A stretch of DNA of 61,705 nt, filler included. It is 9 parts of 9 records of this genome, joined end to end, with 100 filler letters (N's around TTAATTAATTAA, not from the genome) between each part and the next. Parts side by side here need not be neighbours in the genome. Positions count along the whole stretch, not along the records: positions 22,563 to 32,760 come from SRR31156797_50947; positions 32,861 to 38,016 come from SRR31156797_50971; positions 38,117 to 50,265 come from SRR31156797_50973; 6 more parts are not named here. One strand, written 5' to 3'. Each line of letters opens with the position of its first letter. The stretch's first letter is position 1. The notes beneath the pieces are model-generated. The model did not search any database. It saw only the letters and a program-made list of their open reading frames with translations, and had not been told where the DNA came from. Positions 27,464-38,160 of this stretch are shown in pieces. Position numbers and translations under genes: made by a program.

Positions 27464-27701
27464 CTGGCGCGGATTTAGCGAAGTGTAATCCGTGAAATAG
27501 CCACCATGTAAATCTAATAAATTCTTACTGTTTGAAGAGTTTTAATTACCACTGGTAAAGATAAAGATTTGCAATCCGACCTTCTCTAACAGCCGGAATA
27601 CAATTCCTAATACCGCAAAAAAAAGAGCTACAACTTTTTTGTTGCAGCTCTTGTATGTTATTTATAGCTTGCTTACCGCACTGAATACAATTCAGCGCTA
27701 G
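27464..27701. repeat. REP/REPIN-like palindromic composite element
   Basis: The ends CTGGCGCGGATTT..TGTAATCCGTG and CACTGAATACAATTCAGCGCTAG are imperfect inverted copies; internal related units GATTTGCAATCC (~27566) and CGGAATACAATTCC (~27594). Confidence 0.5.
27617..27652 (-). terminator. Intrinsic terminator after the 1154-aa T9SS gene
   Basis: Minus strand AAGAGCTGCAAC-aaaaaa-GTTGTAGCTCTT followed by a T-run. Confidence 0.75.
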
Positions 27702-27739
27702 AGGTATTATAGCAAAATGCTGTTTTAAAGAATAAGTAA

Positions 27740-30700
27740 CTAATCATTCTTTACAATCTTTTTTGTGATCACTACACCGTTATTCATTACAGAAATAAAG
27801 TAAAGTCCATTGGTATAGTCTTTAAAAGACAATGTGATTTGTTGATTATTGTCAGGCATCACTTTTTGCAATGTTTTGCCATGAATATCACTTACCGTTA
27901 CTTCACTTATTGATTCAAACGAATGTAAATCTAATGTGACTTTTCCGGATGTTGGATTTGGGTATATTCTGAATGTATTGACTTCCTGTTCATCTACAGC
28001 ATTGATTACTCCGTATGACAAGTTAACCTTGTAAGTCTTGGTGGTTACACCACCTTCCGAAGTTACATTAATTATAGCCTGACTCGGAATTTCTGTTGCT
28101 TGTGTTACTTCAATTTGAGCAAACGGTACGTCAGAAAAGCCACTTACTTGAGGTATTTCAGTAATTTCTGATGACAACTCTACATCATAGGTAGTTTGTG
28201 CAGCATCAAAATCGGCAATAGTTACTCCACCCACCTGAATGCTATCCAGGTCAGCCGTTAAAGCATTCGGACTATAAATCATGACCTTGGTCAGGTAGTT
28301 GGCGTAGGTGTTGTATCTTCCTCTTAACCAAATTACATCGCAGCTACCTTTTTTGTGTCCGCGAGGAATAATTGGTCTAACATTAATCACACCTTCTGGT
28401 GTATGCTCAGTAATAGCAGTCGTTTCCCATGTTGCACCACGATCGCTGGTTACATATTTATAGATTTCAAAAATCCCATCAACTTGTTTTGAAAGATATA
28501 CAATAGATGGATCATTAGGATCCAGCACCATACCTCCCGAATAGTTAGGTTCAGCTTCCGTTGCACCCTCAGCTGTTTGAGGAAACCACTGGCCGCTATT
28601 TACAATGTGGTTGGTAATCCACTGACTGCCATTCCAACTCGCATAATAGTAGTTGTGGTTTAAATCGTCGGGGAAAGCAGCAAATAATGCTACTGGATTT
28701 TCTTCAGCGTCTAAGGCAATATCCCAAGTCCATCCTTTTCCTAAGGAAGCGTCATAAATGGTTTCTACCTCACCTTCATCAATATTTAAAGGACCATCAG
28801 CAGCAAAGTCTTTTAATAAAGTACCATTGGCTCTATAGAATTTATTGTCCTTAAAGTAAGCGTAATATATTTTGTTGTTAGCTTCTTGGCGCGGGTGACC
28901 GGTAGTAAAAATCATGTGAATTCCACCACTACTATCTTGTGTATATTTTACGTAAGGGCGTTGTTGACTTCCGTTTCTGGTTATCAATTCCTTAGGAGTT
29001 CCCCAAGTCAATCCACCGTCCAACGATACGTTTATGGTTGGGTGCCATGTAACTCCATCACGATAAAACATTACGGTTTCGTCTCCGATCTGATATGGAT
29101 TTGCGTAAGTTACGTTGTCACCAAAATTAGCTTCCTCACCAAACGAAGTAATGTCCTCAGGATTGGTAGAAACGATAACACGCATTGGACCGTAAAAGTG
29201 ACCAGAATATGAAACCATAATGCGACCGTCTTCGCGTACAAGAATAGTCGGGTTGTTATGGTCATCTACCTGCATAAAGTCATCAGGACTTATTATAGTT
29301 TCAATAACTTCACCTGTTTCGTGGTTATAGCTTGCTACTTCTACTTTTCCCTGACTGGTAATCCAACCTGTATAAGTTTGTTTCTTTTCTCCTTCGTAAT
29401 ATACTGCACGTGGATCCTGGAACCAACACCAGGTACCGTCATCAGTTAATTCTGATGTACCAGGCATCATAAATGCAGGATATACTTTTTTAATACTAAT
29501 GGCTTGACTTAGCTCTCCACTAGTAATGGCTAGTTCACCATCTTTAATCGCCTCTTTGCTTTCGAAAGTAGCGGTAACTGTTGTTCCACATTTTGCATCC
29601 AGAGCACTGATGGTAGCTGGTTCCAGCGTCATGCCTTCTGGTGCAGTAAAACTAATATCCTCAGTTAAATCATACCCGACTACCTTAAAAGATTGAGAAA
29701 GTTGCGTACTGTCAAACTTCATCTCATTGGTAAAAATCTGGATAAATGGATCGCCTGAATACTCAGATAGAGATAAATCTCTGATGGCACCTAATACTGC
29801 AGAACTTGAGCCTAAGGTAAAATAGTAATCACCATCAACTTCTGGCGTAAAGATCAATTGAATATCATGTAATTCACCTGTTGCGCTTACCTGCACTTGA
29901 TCCGCAACCAAGCTTTCTCCTGTATTGTCTTTTGCTGAATTGATGCCAACATTATAATTAGGAGCAGTTCCATTGGCTTGCCATGCTATTTTAGCGGTAA
30001 ATATATAGGTAGAACATGCTTTAAGCCCTGTAGCGGGATAGCTGTATACTGATCCTGTGGTTGTACCACCCGTGGCATCCCAACGAACATATAAAATACG
30101 ACCTGTTAAATCAGAACTATTATAAGTATAAGATACATTATCCTGGAAACGAATACCAAATACATTTGCTTGCGCCCATGCATCTACCGCTGGAGAACAA
30201 TACCATCCAAAGTTATTTGGTTCAGAACCGGTACCGGTAGCTCCCTCGCCATCCCATTGATACATGTAATTAGCCACGAAATGTAAAGTGTATGTCATGG
30301 TTGTTACACCATCAGCGGCAGTAACAATAATTTCAGTACTTCCTTCTCCGTTTTCCAGTGCAATGCTACCATCACCAAGCACCTCTGCACTTGTATTGTT
30401 GGCATGCCCAGTTATATCCACAGAAGTTGAGGAAGGACTCATGCTTACGGTATATTCAGTAATGGCCGTATTAAAAGCAGGACTTATGGAACCTTGACTT
30501 AATTCAAGGTCAGCCAATGATGCATCACTGGAAACTTCACTATAAATCAATTGTAGATCACCAAAAAAGATACGGCCATGTGAACCAGAACCAGCACCTT
30601 GTCCCTGAACTCCCAACTGAATTTTACCTGTTGTTTCTGCATCCAGTGTAAAATTAATTTCATCTGCTGTCCAGGTTGTCTGTGTGAAATTATTAATTTC

Positions 30701-31204
30701 CGAAAAATAAGACGTTCCGTTAGTAGCTACAAAACCCACTAAACTAATACTGTAAGTGGACGGTCCTGAGTTGTATGCATTATATTTAATTTTATAAGAT
30801 CCTGCAGGTAAGGTAACATCCTGTGAATAACTCACATTTCCAGACCACGCTGCGCACACACCTAATGTACCATTTCCGGCACCTGTTGTCACACCATCAG
30901 CGGCTGTAGTAGGAATATTACCAGGGGCATTTAAGGTTCCGGCAAATCCATACTCAAAAGTGGCACCTGCCGACCATCCCGATGATTGTTGTGTCCATCC
31001 GGATACTGCTAACACCGTTGATCCATCAGTTGAAGTAGCCAGGTTTGAAGCAGCATCTGCTGCCTTATAATTACAATCGCTATCAAATCCGGCATTGGTA
31101 AGGTAGGTGTTGGTAACATCCACCTCTTGCGCTTGAAGTAGTGATAAGCATCCTACTAGTCCTGAAAAAATCAGAGAGATAAGTTTCCTTTTCATATTTT
31201 TCAT
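27740..31204 (-). CDS. Secreted T9SS cargo with CBM-like and cadherin-like beta-sandwiches and a BNR-4-type propeller (putative glycan-degrading enzyme)
   Basis: Signal peptide; SSDASLADL...VTAADGVTTMTY cadherin-like domain; GTWCWFQDPRA, DDHNNP, RPYVKY and GWTWDIALD; CTD IYPNPTSG...GLYFI...KKIVK. Confidence 0.85.
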   Translation of the reverse strand: MKNMKRKLISLIFSGLVGCLSLLQAQEVDVTNTYLTNAGFDSDCNYKAADAASNLATSTDGSTVLAVSGWTQQSSGWSAGATFEYGFAGTLNAPGNIPTTAADGVTTGAGNGTLGVCAAWSGNVSYSQDVTLPAGSYKIKYNAYNSGPSTYSISLVGFVATNGTSYFSEINNFTQTTWTADEINFTLDAETTGKIQLGVQGQGAGSGSHGRIFFGDLQLIYSEVSSDASLADLELSQGSISPAFNTAITEYTVSMSPSSTSVDITGHANNTSAEVLGDGSIALENGEGSTEIIVTAADGVTTMTYTLHFVANYMYQWDGEGATGTGSEPNNFGWYCSPAVDAWAQANVFGIRFQDNVSYTYNSSDLTGRILYVRWDATGGTTTGSVYSYPATGLKACSTYIFTAKIAWQANGTAPNYNVGINSAKDNTGESLVADQVQVSATGELHDIQLIFTPEVDGDYYFTLGSSSAVLGAIRDLSLSEYSGDPFIQIFTNEMKFDSTQLSQSFKVVGYDLTEDISFTAPEGMTLEPATISALDAKCGTTVTATFESKEAIKDGELAITSGELSQAISIKKVYPAFMMPGTSELTDDGTWCWFQDPRAVYYEGEKKQTYTGWITSQGKVEVASYNHETGEVIETIISPDDFMQVDDHNNPTILVREDGRIMVSYSGHFYGPMRVIVSTNPEDITSFGEEANFGDNVTYANPYQIGDETVMFYRDGVTWHPTINVSLDGGLTWGTPKELITRNGSQQRPYVKYTQDSSGGIHMIFTTGHPRQEANNKIYYAYFKDNKFYRANGTLLKDFAADGPLNIDEGEVETIYDASLGKGWTWDIALDAEENPVALFAAFPDDLNHNYYYASWNGSQWITNHIVNSGQWFPQTAEGATEAEPNYSGGMVLDPNDPSIVYLSKQVDGIFEIYKYVTSDRGATWETTAITEHTPEGVINVRPIIPRGHKKGSCDVIWLRGRYNTYANYLTKVMIYSPNALTADLDSIQVGGVTIADFDAAQTTYDVELSSEITEIPQVSGFSDVPFAQIEVTQATEIPSQAIINVTSEGGVTTKTYKVNLSYGVINAVDEQEVNTFRIYPNPTSGKVTLDLHSFESISEVTVSDIHGKTLQKVMPDNNQQITLSFKDYTNGLYFISVMNNGVVITKKIVKND

Positions 31205-31381
31205 TTAGTGATTCTTAATTATATTTTCAATTCATCTGTTTATAAGGCATCATTAAGTCCTTGAATTTTTTATCCCAAAAGGAAAGCAATTCATATTTTG
31301 AATCAACTTCTAAGTTTTTAAACTTTTGAATATGAATCTAATTTGACTAGTTTTGGTGGGAAAGCATGCGATAAACGTTCG

Positions 31382-31406
31382 TTAAACGGTATTTGTAACC
31401 GTTTAA
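31382..31406. promoter_or_regulatory. Perfect 9-7-9 inverted repeat in a divergent promoter region (candidate operator)
   Basis: TTAAACGGT-atttgta-ACCGTTTAA, preceded by an extra half-site ATAAACGTT at 31371. Confidence 0.55.
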
Positions 31407-31507
31407 TTCAAAACATAACTTACTGATATGTAGTTGGTATATTTAAATAAGTCAAAAATAGATTTAATAAAGTGGTTTTTATCTAACACCCTAAGAATTG
31501 TAAAAAA

Positions 31508-32663
31508 ATGCAGATAAGCGAGCAGGAAAAGGTAATATTAGATAAGATTTTAAATTCAAAATCATTTGTAAGCTCACCCACCAGTAAGGCGCTTTTAAAG
31601 TTTCTTGTACAAGCTACTTTTGACGAAGTGGATATAAAAGAATCGGTTATTGGAATGCATATATTGGGCGACCGATATGATGGAGAAACAAGTAATGCCC
31701 GTATACGCGTTAGTGTATTCCACCTTAGGAAGAAACTAGAAAGTTATTATGAAAATGAAGGAGCGAATGACAACCTCAAATTAAGCATAGAGAAAGGACA
31801 GTATCAGGTTTCCTTTAAGACAGATCAAGTTAAATCATCGCATTCTTCATTAAAATTCAATGTTCATTTTTGGTACTTATTGGCCATTCTGATCTTAGTC
31901 CTGATACTTGTTACAAGTCTATACAATCCTAAAGCACCCATTTGGAAATCCTTGTTGTCCAATAACAAAGAAACCGTTATGTATATTGGAGATGTATATG
32001 GCTTCAGAGGAACAACCCTTACAGGAAGCTGGGGTTGGCAAAGAGATTACACTATTAATTCAGACGAAGATTTTTTAAGAAAAAAGAAGGCCTTAAATTT
32101 GTCGGATAATGACATTGAACCTGCCAATTACAGTTATGTTACCGCTAGTGAGGCTGATGCTGTAAAAAGAATTTCTGCTTTGTTTTCAAAACATAACATC
32201 GACTTTTCAGTTCGTCTTGCTTCTAAAATTGATGTAAAGGATATCAAAGAACAAAACATTATTTATGCTGGCCCTATAAAAACAAATACAAGGTTTGTGC
32301 AGCTTTTGGCAGAAAATGTTCCCGCAATTCTTGTACAGAAACGATATGTTATATATAAGAGATATTCAGAATGACAATGTCATTTCTTTACAAGAGAAAT
32401 ATAAGAAAGAATTGAATGCAACCTCACCTTCTGAAATTGCAGTTGTTTCTATGCTTTCCGGAATTCATAACACCCAGCAGTTTTTATTTTTTTCTGATCA
32501 CGATATGGGAGTGAGAGCAACAGTAGACTATTTTACAAACCTGGATTCCTTAAAAAAATTCCAGAAAACATATTTGAAGAATCATGAAGATTTTACTGCT
32601 GTCTTTTTGGTAAATGGGAAAGATCGCGTGGATTTAGGAATGAGATTACTAAAAGTGTATTAG
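31508..32663 (+). pseudogene. Membrane-anchored winged-HTH regulator split by a single frameshift (ORFs 31508-32374 and 32295-32663)
   Basis: N-terminal SFVSSPTSKALLKFLV...IRVSVFHLRKKLESYY wHTH then a TM helix. Deleting one base near 32303-32316 joins both ORFs into one reading frame. Could be an assembly error. Confidence 0.7.
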
Positions 32664-32760
32664 TCTGTTTAATTTGATATTTTAGTTTGACAGGATATCA
32701 AAATTTAACAAACGTTATATGCATCTAATATGCAAACAAAAAAAAGCGCCCAGAGTGGAA

Positions 32761-32860
32761 NNNNNNNNNNNNNNNNNNNNNNNNNNNNNNNNNNNNNNNN
32801 NNNNTTAATTAATTAANNNNNNNNNNNNNNNNNNNNNNNNNNNNNNNNNNNNNNNNNNNN
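32761..32860. other. Artificial contig linker
   Basis: N run with TTAATTAATTAA. Confidence 0.99.
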
Positions 32861-33891
32861 TTTATCATTTTTCCAAAATCTTTATCTTTTTTTCTTTTTT
32901 CAGCTGTTGTCGATTCAAAATGATCTTTTTCGCGTTCCATTTTCAGGTAATTTTCATAAGAAGATTTATCGATTTCTCCTGTTTTAACAGCGGCCAAAAC
33001 TGCACAGTTAATTTCTGTAGTATGTGTACAGTCTTTGAATCTGCATTGTTCGGAAAACCGGGTTATTTTTTCAAAAGTCATTTCCAGTCCGTCTCCCGAA
33101 TCAGCGATTCCCACTTCTCTCATACCCGGATTGTCGATTAAAATTCCTCCGTTATTTAAAACCTGCAATTCACGGTGGGTAGTAACATGTTTGCCTTTGT
33201 TTGTAGTTGAACTAATGGCATTGGTTTTCATTAATTGTTTGCCGGAAAGATTGTTTAACAGTGTTGATTTTCCCACACCCGACGATCCTAATAAACAATA
33301 GGTTTTGCCTTTTTCTATTTGTTCTTTTAATTCGTCTATTCCGGTTTTTACAGCATTACTAATTGTAAATACCGGAATTTGTTTTACTCTTTTCTGAAGG
33401 GATGAAACCAGTATTGACAATTCTTCAGCATTTATTAAATCGATTTTATTTAGAACAATAATTGGTTTCACTTTCGAAGTATTACAAATTGTAAGGTAAC
33501 GTTCTATGCGGTTTATATTAAAATCGCGGTCGACGGCCTGCACAATAAAAGCATAATCGATATTTGTGGCAATTATTTGTTTCTCCCCGGTTTTTCCAAC
33601 AGCCTGCCTTTCTATAACTGTTTTGCGTGGGAATATGGCATGAATCAGAACTTTGTCTTCATCGAATTCCGAAATGGCTACCCAATCGCCAACAGCCGGA
33701 AAATCGAATCTCGAAGTGGCAGAAAAACGTAAATTGCCAATTATTTCACCTTCAAATTCTTTATTGGAAGTTTTAATTATGTATCGTTCTTTGTGCTCAG
33801 AAATTACGCGTCCTACTTCAAAAATATCAAGGTTATTTTCCTTTCGAAAATTCTCTAAAGTTGAATTGTATCCTAAATCTTCAGGAGTCAT
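32861..33891 (-). CDS. rsgA: Ribosome small subunit-dependent GTPase A (last codons truncated)
   Basis: PAVGDWV, NKID, GSSGVGKS, GKHVTT, DNPG and CRFKDCTH...C zinc finger. Confidence 0.96.
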
Positions 33892-34176
33892 TTTGTATTA
33901 TAATTAGGTTAGATTTTGTAAAATTAAGTAAAATTTTGTTGAAATAATTTATAATTTTTCGGTACCCGGTTTACAAAGTAATTTTTTGGAGAATCAAGTA
34001 GTTGTTTCAAATATAGTAAATAGCATCTTTCTTTTTAGATTATTGGAATTTTTTCACGCTTTTATGAATCACTATGTTAACTGGGCACAACAATTAAAAG
34101 AGAAGACTCCTTGTTACCAAAAATAAATATTCCATTTTATTTTGGTTTATTTGGCTTTTATTATAAAAATGTATTG

Positions 34177-34195
34177 AAGTGTAAATTATACATTT
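34177..34195. promoter_or_regulatory. Near-palindrome upstream of galM (candidate sugar-repressor operator)
   Basis: AAGTGTA-AATTA-TACATTT about 40 nt upstream of the ATG. Confidence 0.4.
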
Positions 34196-34236
34196 TACTT
34201 TTACAGTTGAAAACAGATATCAAAAAAAATATAAAA

Positions 34237-35361
34237 ATGAAAAACACAATTGTAGTAGTTGCACTGGTCTTTTTATTTTCCTGTGCAGCAGAAAAGAAAG
34301 GACCGGAAATTATTCCTTCTGAAAATTTTACAGGGGAAATTGATGGGAAAAAAGTTGAGCTTTTTACTTTGAAAAATGCGAACGGATTGGTTTCGCAGGT
34401 TACAAATTTGGGTGGTAAAATGGTTACATTATGGACTCCCGATAAAGATGGAAACTTTGAGGATATTGTTCTGGGTTACGATAATCTGGAAGGGTACCAG
34501 AATTCATCTGAAATTTATTTTGGTGCGTTAATTGGGCGGTATGGAAACCGCATTGGTAAAGGAAAATTTGAATTAAACGATTCGGTTTATTCGTTGGCTA
34601 ACAATAACAACGAAAACCATCTTCATGGTGGTATAAAAGGATTTAACCATGTAATGTGGGATGTAAATCAAATTGATGAACAAACACTCGAACTTACCTA
34701 CCTTTCGAAAGATATGGAAGAAGGTTATCCCGGGAACCTGAATATAAAAGTAAAATATAACCTTACAAACAACGATGAACTTAAAATCGAATACTGGGCA
34801 ACTACCGACAAAGCTACTCCTGTGAATCTTACACATCATGGATTTTATAATTTACACGGTGCTGGAAACGGAACAGTAAACGACCATATTATGCAAATTA
34901 ATGCCTATTCTTACACTCCTGTCGATGCAGGTTTAATTCCGTCAGGTGAAATTGCAACCGTGGAAGGAACACCTATGGATTTTAGAAAAGCCATTGCCAT
35001 TGGAGATAGGGTTGAGGAAGATTTTGAACAATTGAAATTTGGTAATGGGTACGACCATAACTGGGTTTTAATTCCTTCCGGCGATGATTTAAATTTTGCA
35101 GCAAAAGTTGTTGAACCGGCATCGGGCAGAACAATGGAAGTTTATACCAACGAACCGGGAATTCAATTTTATGGCGGTAACTTTCTTAATGGAACTGAAA
35201 TTGGTAAAAGGGGTAAATCATACGAATTCAGGACTGCTTTTTGTTTGGAGACACAACATTTTCCCGATAGTCCGAACAAATCCAATTTCCCTTCCACTAT
35301 TTTAAATCCGGGTGAAGAATATTATTCCATTTGTGTGTATAAATTTGGTGTTGAAAAATAG
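34237..35361 (+). CDS. galM: Aldose 1-epimerase (mutarotase), lipoprotein
   Basis: Lipobox LFSC; GRYGNRI, NHLHGG, GYPGNL, NLTHHGFYNL, GYDHNW and CLETQHFPDSPN. ATG 34237 preferred over the upstream TTG. Confidence 0.95.
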   Translation: MKNTIVVVALVFLFSCAAEKKGPEIIPSENFTGEIDGKKVELFTLKNANGLVSQVTNLGGKMVTLWTPDKDGNFEDIVLGYDNLEGYQNSSEIYFGALIGRYGNRIGKGKFELNDSVYSLANNNNENHLHGGIKGFNHVMWDVNQIDEQTLELTYLSKDMEEGYPGNLNIKVKYNLTNNDELKIEYWATTDKATPVNLTHHGFYNLHGAGNGTVNDHIMQINAYSYTPVDAGLIPSGEIATVEGTPMDFRKAIAIGDRVEEDFEQLKFGNGYDHNWVLIPSGDDLNFAAKVVEPASGRTMEVYTNEPGIQFYGGNFLNGTEIGKRGKSYEFRTAFCLETQHFPDSPNKSNFPSTILNPGEEYYSICVYKFGVEK

Positions 35362-35383
35362 TATTTAATGAATTTAAAATAAT

Positions 35384-35410
35384 AAAGGCTCGGGTTTCCG
35401 GGCTTTTTTT
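35384..35410 (+). terminator. Intrinsic terminator after galM
   Basis: AAAGGCTCGG-gttt-CCGGGC followed by T7. Confidence 0.8.
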
Positions 35411-35495
35411 GTTTTAAGTTCTGTCGATATTTAAAGGATTTAATCATAAGTTTAGCTATGTTTGAATGTAAATTCATTTACACCCGAAATTTACC

Positions 35496-36236
35496 ATGTC
35501 ATATCATTTAAAAAGTATTTTGCTGGAACCAGAGCGATACCCAACGAAAGAACATTATCCATTTAGTTTGCCCTTATTTTCTGAAACGAAAGAGTTGAAC
35601 TTTTCAAAACCGGTAACTATGTTTGTTGGCGAAAATGGTTCGGGTAAATCCACTTTACTGGAGGCAATTGCAGTGGCTGCCGGTATTTATATCTGGAGGA
35701 CAAATATGAGTTCGCGTTGTCAGTACAACCGTTACGAAGCATCATTACACCGATACGTGAAAACACAATGGGTAAATGGCAGTGTTCCGGGTTCGTTTTT
35801 TGGAGCACAGATATTTAAAGATTTTGCATCAATTCTTGAAGAATGGGCAATAAACGATCCGGGGCAGCTGGAACTGTTTGGTGGTAAATCGTTATTGTCG
35901 CAGTCGCACGGACAATCGTTGATGTCGTTTTTCAAATGTCGCTATAAACTAAAAGGATTGTATTTACTCGACGAACCAGAAACGGCGCTTTCTCCTTCCA
36001 GTCAGCTGGAACTACTTCAGCTTATTAGCGAAAACGCCAAAGGAGGACATGCCCAGTTTATAATTGCTACACATTCTCCAATTCTGCTCGCCTGCCAAGA
36101 AGCGAATATCTATAGTTTCGATGAAATGCCGGTTTCGACTGTTAATTATGAAGATACAGAACATTTTAGGGTGTATCGCGACTTTCTGAATCATCCGGAA
36201 AAATATTTGATTGGTGAAGAAAAATCCAACTATTAA
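35496..36236 (+). CDS. ABC/SMC-like AAA ATPase (COG3910-type predicted ATPase)
   Basis: GENGSGKST, SHGQS, LYLLDEPETALSP and ATHSP motifs. Confidence 0.9.
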   Translation: MSYHLKSILLEPERYPTKEHYPFSLPLFSETKELNFSKPVTMFVGENGSGKSTLLEAIAVAAGIYIWRTNMSSRCQYNRYEASLHRYVKTQWVNGSVPGSFFGAQIFKDFASILEEWAINDPGQLELFGGKSLLSQSHGQSLMSFFKCRYKLKGLYLLDEPETALSPSSQLELLQLISENAKGGHAQFIIATHSPILLACQEANIYSFDEMPVSTVNYEDTEHFRVYRDFLNHPEKYLIGEEKSNY

Positions 36237-36417
36237 GTATTGAAAAGTTGTAATTTTAAAATGAATACTTTTTTATTCGATCTGGTTTAATATTCAGTAA
36301 ATCTGTTTTTGTTATATCGTTTTGCTGAGGTTATTAACGCTATATTTTCAGTTTTCACCTGAAAAAATTTCTATATTTGCATGTTTTTAAAAAATCAGTA
36401 TAGAAACGCATTTTCTT

Positions 36418-38016
36418 ATGAGTAATAAGTTTCAGGAATATAAGCAGTTAGATCTTTCTCAAATTAATAAAGAAGTTTTAAAACGATGGGAGTCAGACGA
36501 TACTTTTCATAAAAGTATTTCAACCCGCGAAGGTCACCCAACTTTTGTTTTTTATGAAGGCCCTCCGTCGGCCAACGGAATGCCTGGAATTCATCATGTT
36601 ATGGCACGTGCCATAAAAGATATTTTTTGCAGGTATAAAACCATGAAAGGTTTTCGCGTGCATCGTAAAGCCGGCTGGGATACTCATGGGTTACCGGTGG
36701 AATTGAGTGTAGAAAAATCGCTGAATATTACCAAGGAAGATATTGGGAAAAAGATTTCTGTTGAAGAATATAATAATGCCTGCCGGAAAGAGGTAATGAA
36801 ATATACCCGCGAATGGGAAGAACTTACCCGGATTATGGGATATTGGGTAAATATGGACGACCCGTATGTTACTTTCGATAATCGTTACATTGAATCGGTT
36901 TGGTGGTTATTAAAACAGATGCACCAAAAAGGATTGATGTACAAGGGATACACCATTCAGCCATATTCACCTGCTGCTGGTACTGGTTTGAGTTCACACG
37001 AATTAAATCAGCCCGGGTGTTACCGCGATGTAAAAGACACCACTGCAATTGCCCAGTTTAAAGCCATTCGAAATGAGAAGTCAGCGTTTCTTTTTGATGG
37101 GGTTGATTCCGATTTATATTTTCTGGCATGGACAACCACTCCCTGGACATTGCCTTCGAATACAGCACTTTGTGTTGGCCCGGGAATAAAATACGTAAAA
37201 GTAAAAACGTTTAATCCGTACACCGGATTACCAGTTACATTAATACTTGCAAAAGATTTATTTCCGGTTTATTTCAATAAGAAAAACGAAGAATTAGCTT
37301 TTGAAGATTATAAACCGGGTGATAAAAAAATACCGTTTAAAATATTATCAGAATGTACCGGAAAAGAATTAGCCGGAATACAGTACGAACAATTAATTGA
37401 ATGGGTAAAACCAAAAGGAAAAGCTTTTGAAGTAATTACAGGCGATTTTGTTACCATTGAAGATGGAACAGGAATTGTACATATTGCTCCAACTTTTGGT
37501 TCCGACGATGACCGGGTGGCCAAACAAAATGGAATTTCTCCACTTGTTGTAGAAGATTCGGAGGGTAAAACTCAGGCTTTGGTCGATCGAAAAGGAAGGT
37601 TTTTCCCTACAATCAATTTGGATAAAACGTTTGTTGAAAAATATGTAAATGTGGAGAAATACCACGATTTTGCCGGGCGTTCAGTAAAAAATGAATTCGA
37701 CGATAAATTGGAAGAAGATGCATCGACAGTAGATATCGATATTTCAGTGATGCTGAAACAGGAAAATAAAGCATTTAAAATAGAAAAACACGTTCACAGT
37801 TATCCGCACTGCTGGCGAACCGACAAACCGGTGTTGTATTATCCGCTCGATTCGTGGTTTGTAAAAACAACGGCTGTTAAAGATAAAATGGTGGAATTAA
37901 ATAATTCCATAAACTGGAAACCAAAATCTACAGGAACCGGCCGTTTTGGAAATTGGTTGGAAAACCTGGTCGACTGGAATTTAAGTCGTTCGCGTTTTTG
38001 GGGAACTCCGCTACCA
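36418..38016 (+). CDS. ileS: Isoleucine--tRNA ligase (type 2), 3' truncated
   Basis: FYEGPPSANGMPGIHH, GWDTHGLPVE, WTTTPWTLPSN, HSYPHCWR and DWNLSRSRFWGTPLP motifs. Confidence 0.97.
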
Positions 38017-38116
38017 NNNNNNNNNNNNNNNNNNNNNNNNNNNNNNNNNNNNNNNNNNNNTTAATTAATTAANNNNNNNNNNNNNNNNNNNNNNNNNNNN
38101 NNNNNNNNNNNNNNNN
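38017..38116. other. Artificial contig linker
   Basis: N run with TTAATTAATTAA. Confidence 0.99.
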
Positions 38117-38160
38117 ATTGGGGAAAATAGCCATTTATGGACAGGCACTATTTAGGCGTC

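Noticed and set aside
34111-34236. N-terminal extension of galM from the TTG at 34111
   Set aside because: The lipoprotein signal begins at ATG 34237; the extension is AT-rich promoter DNA.
35467-35482. TGTAAAT-TC-ATTTACA palindrome before the ATPase gene
   Set aside because: AT-rich single instance with no regulator to link it to; may be chance.
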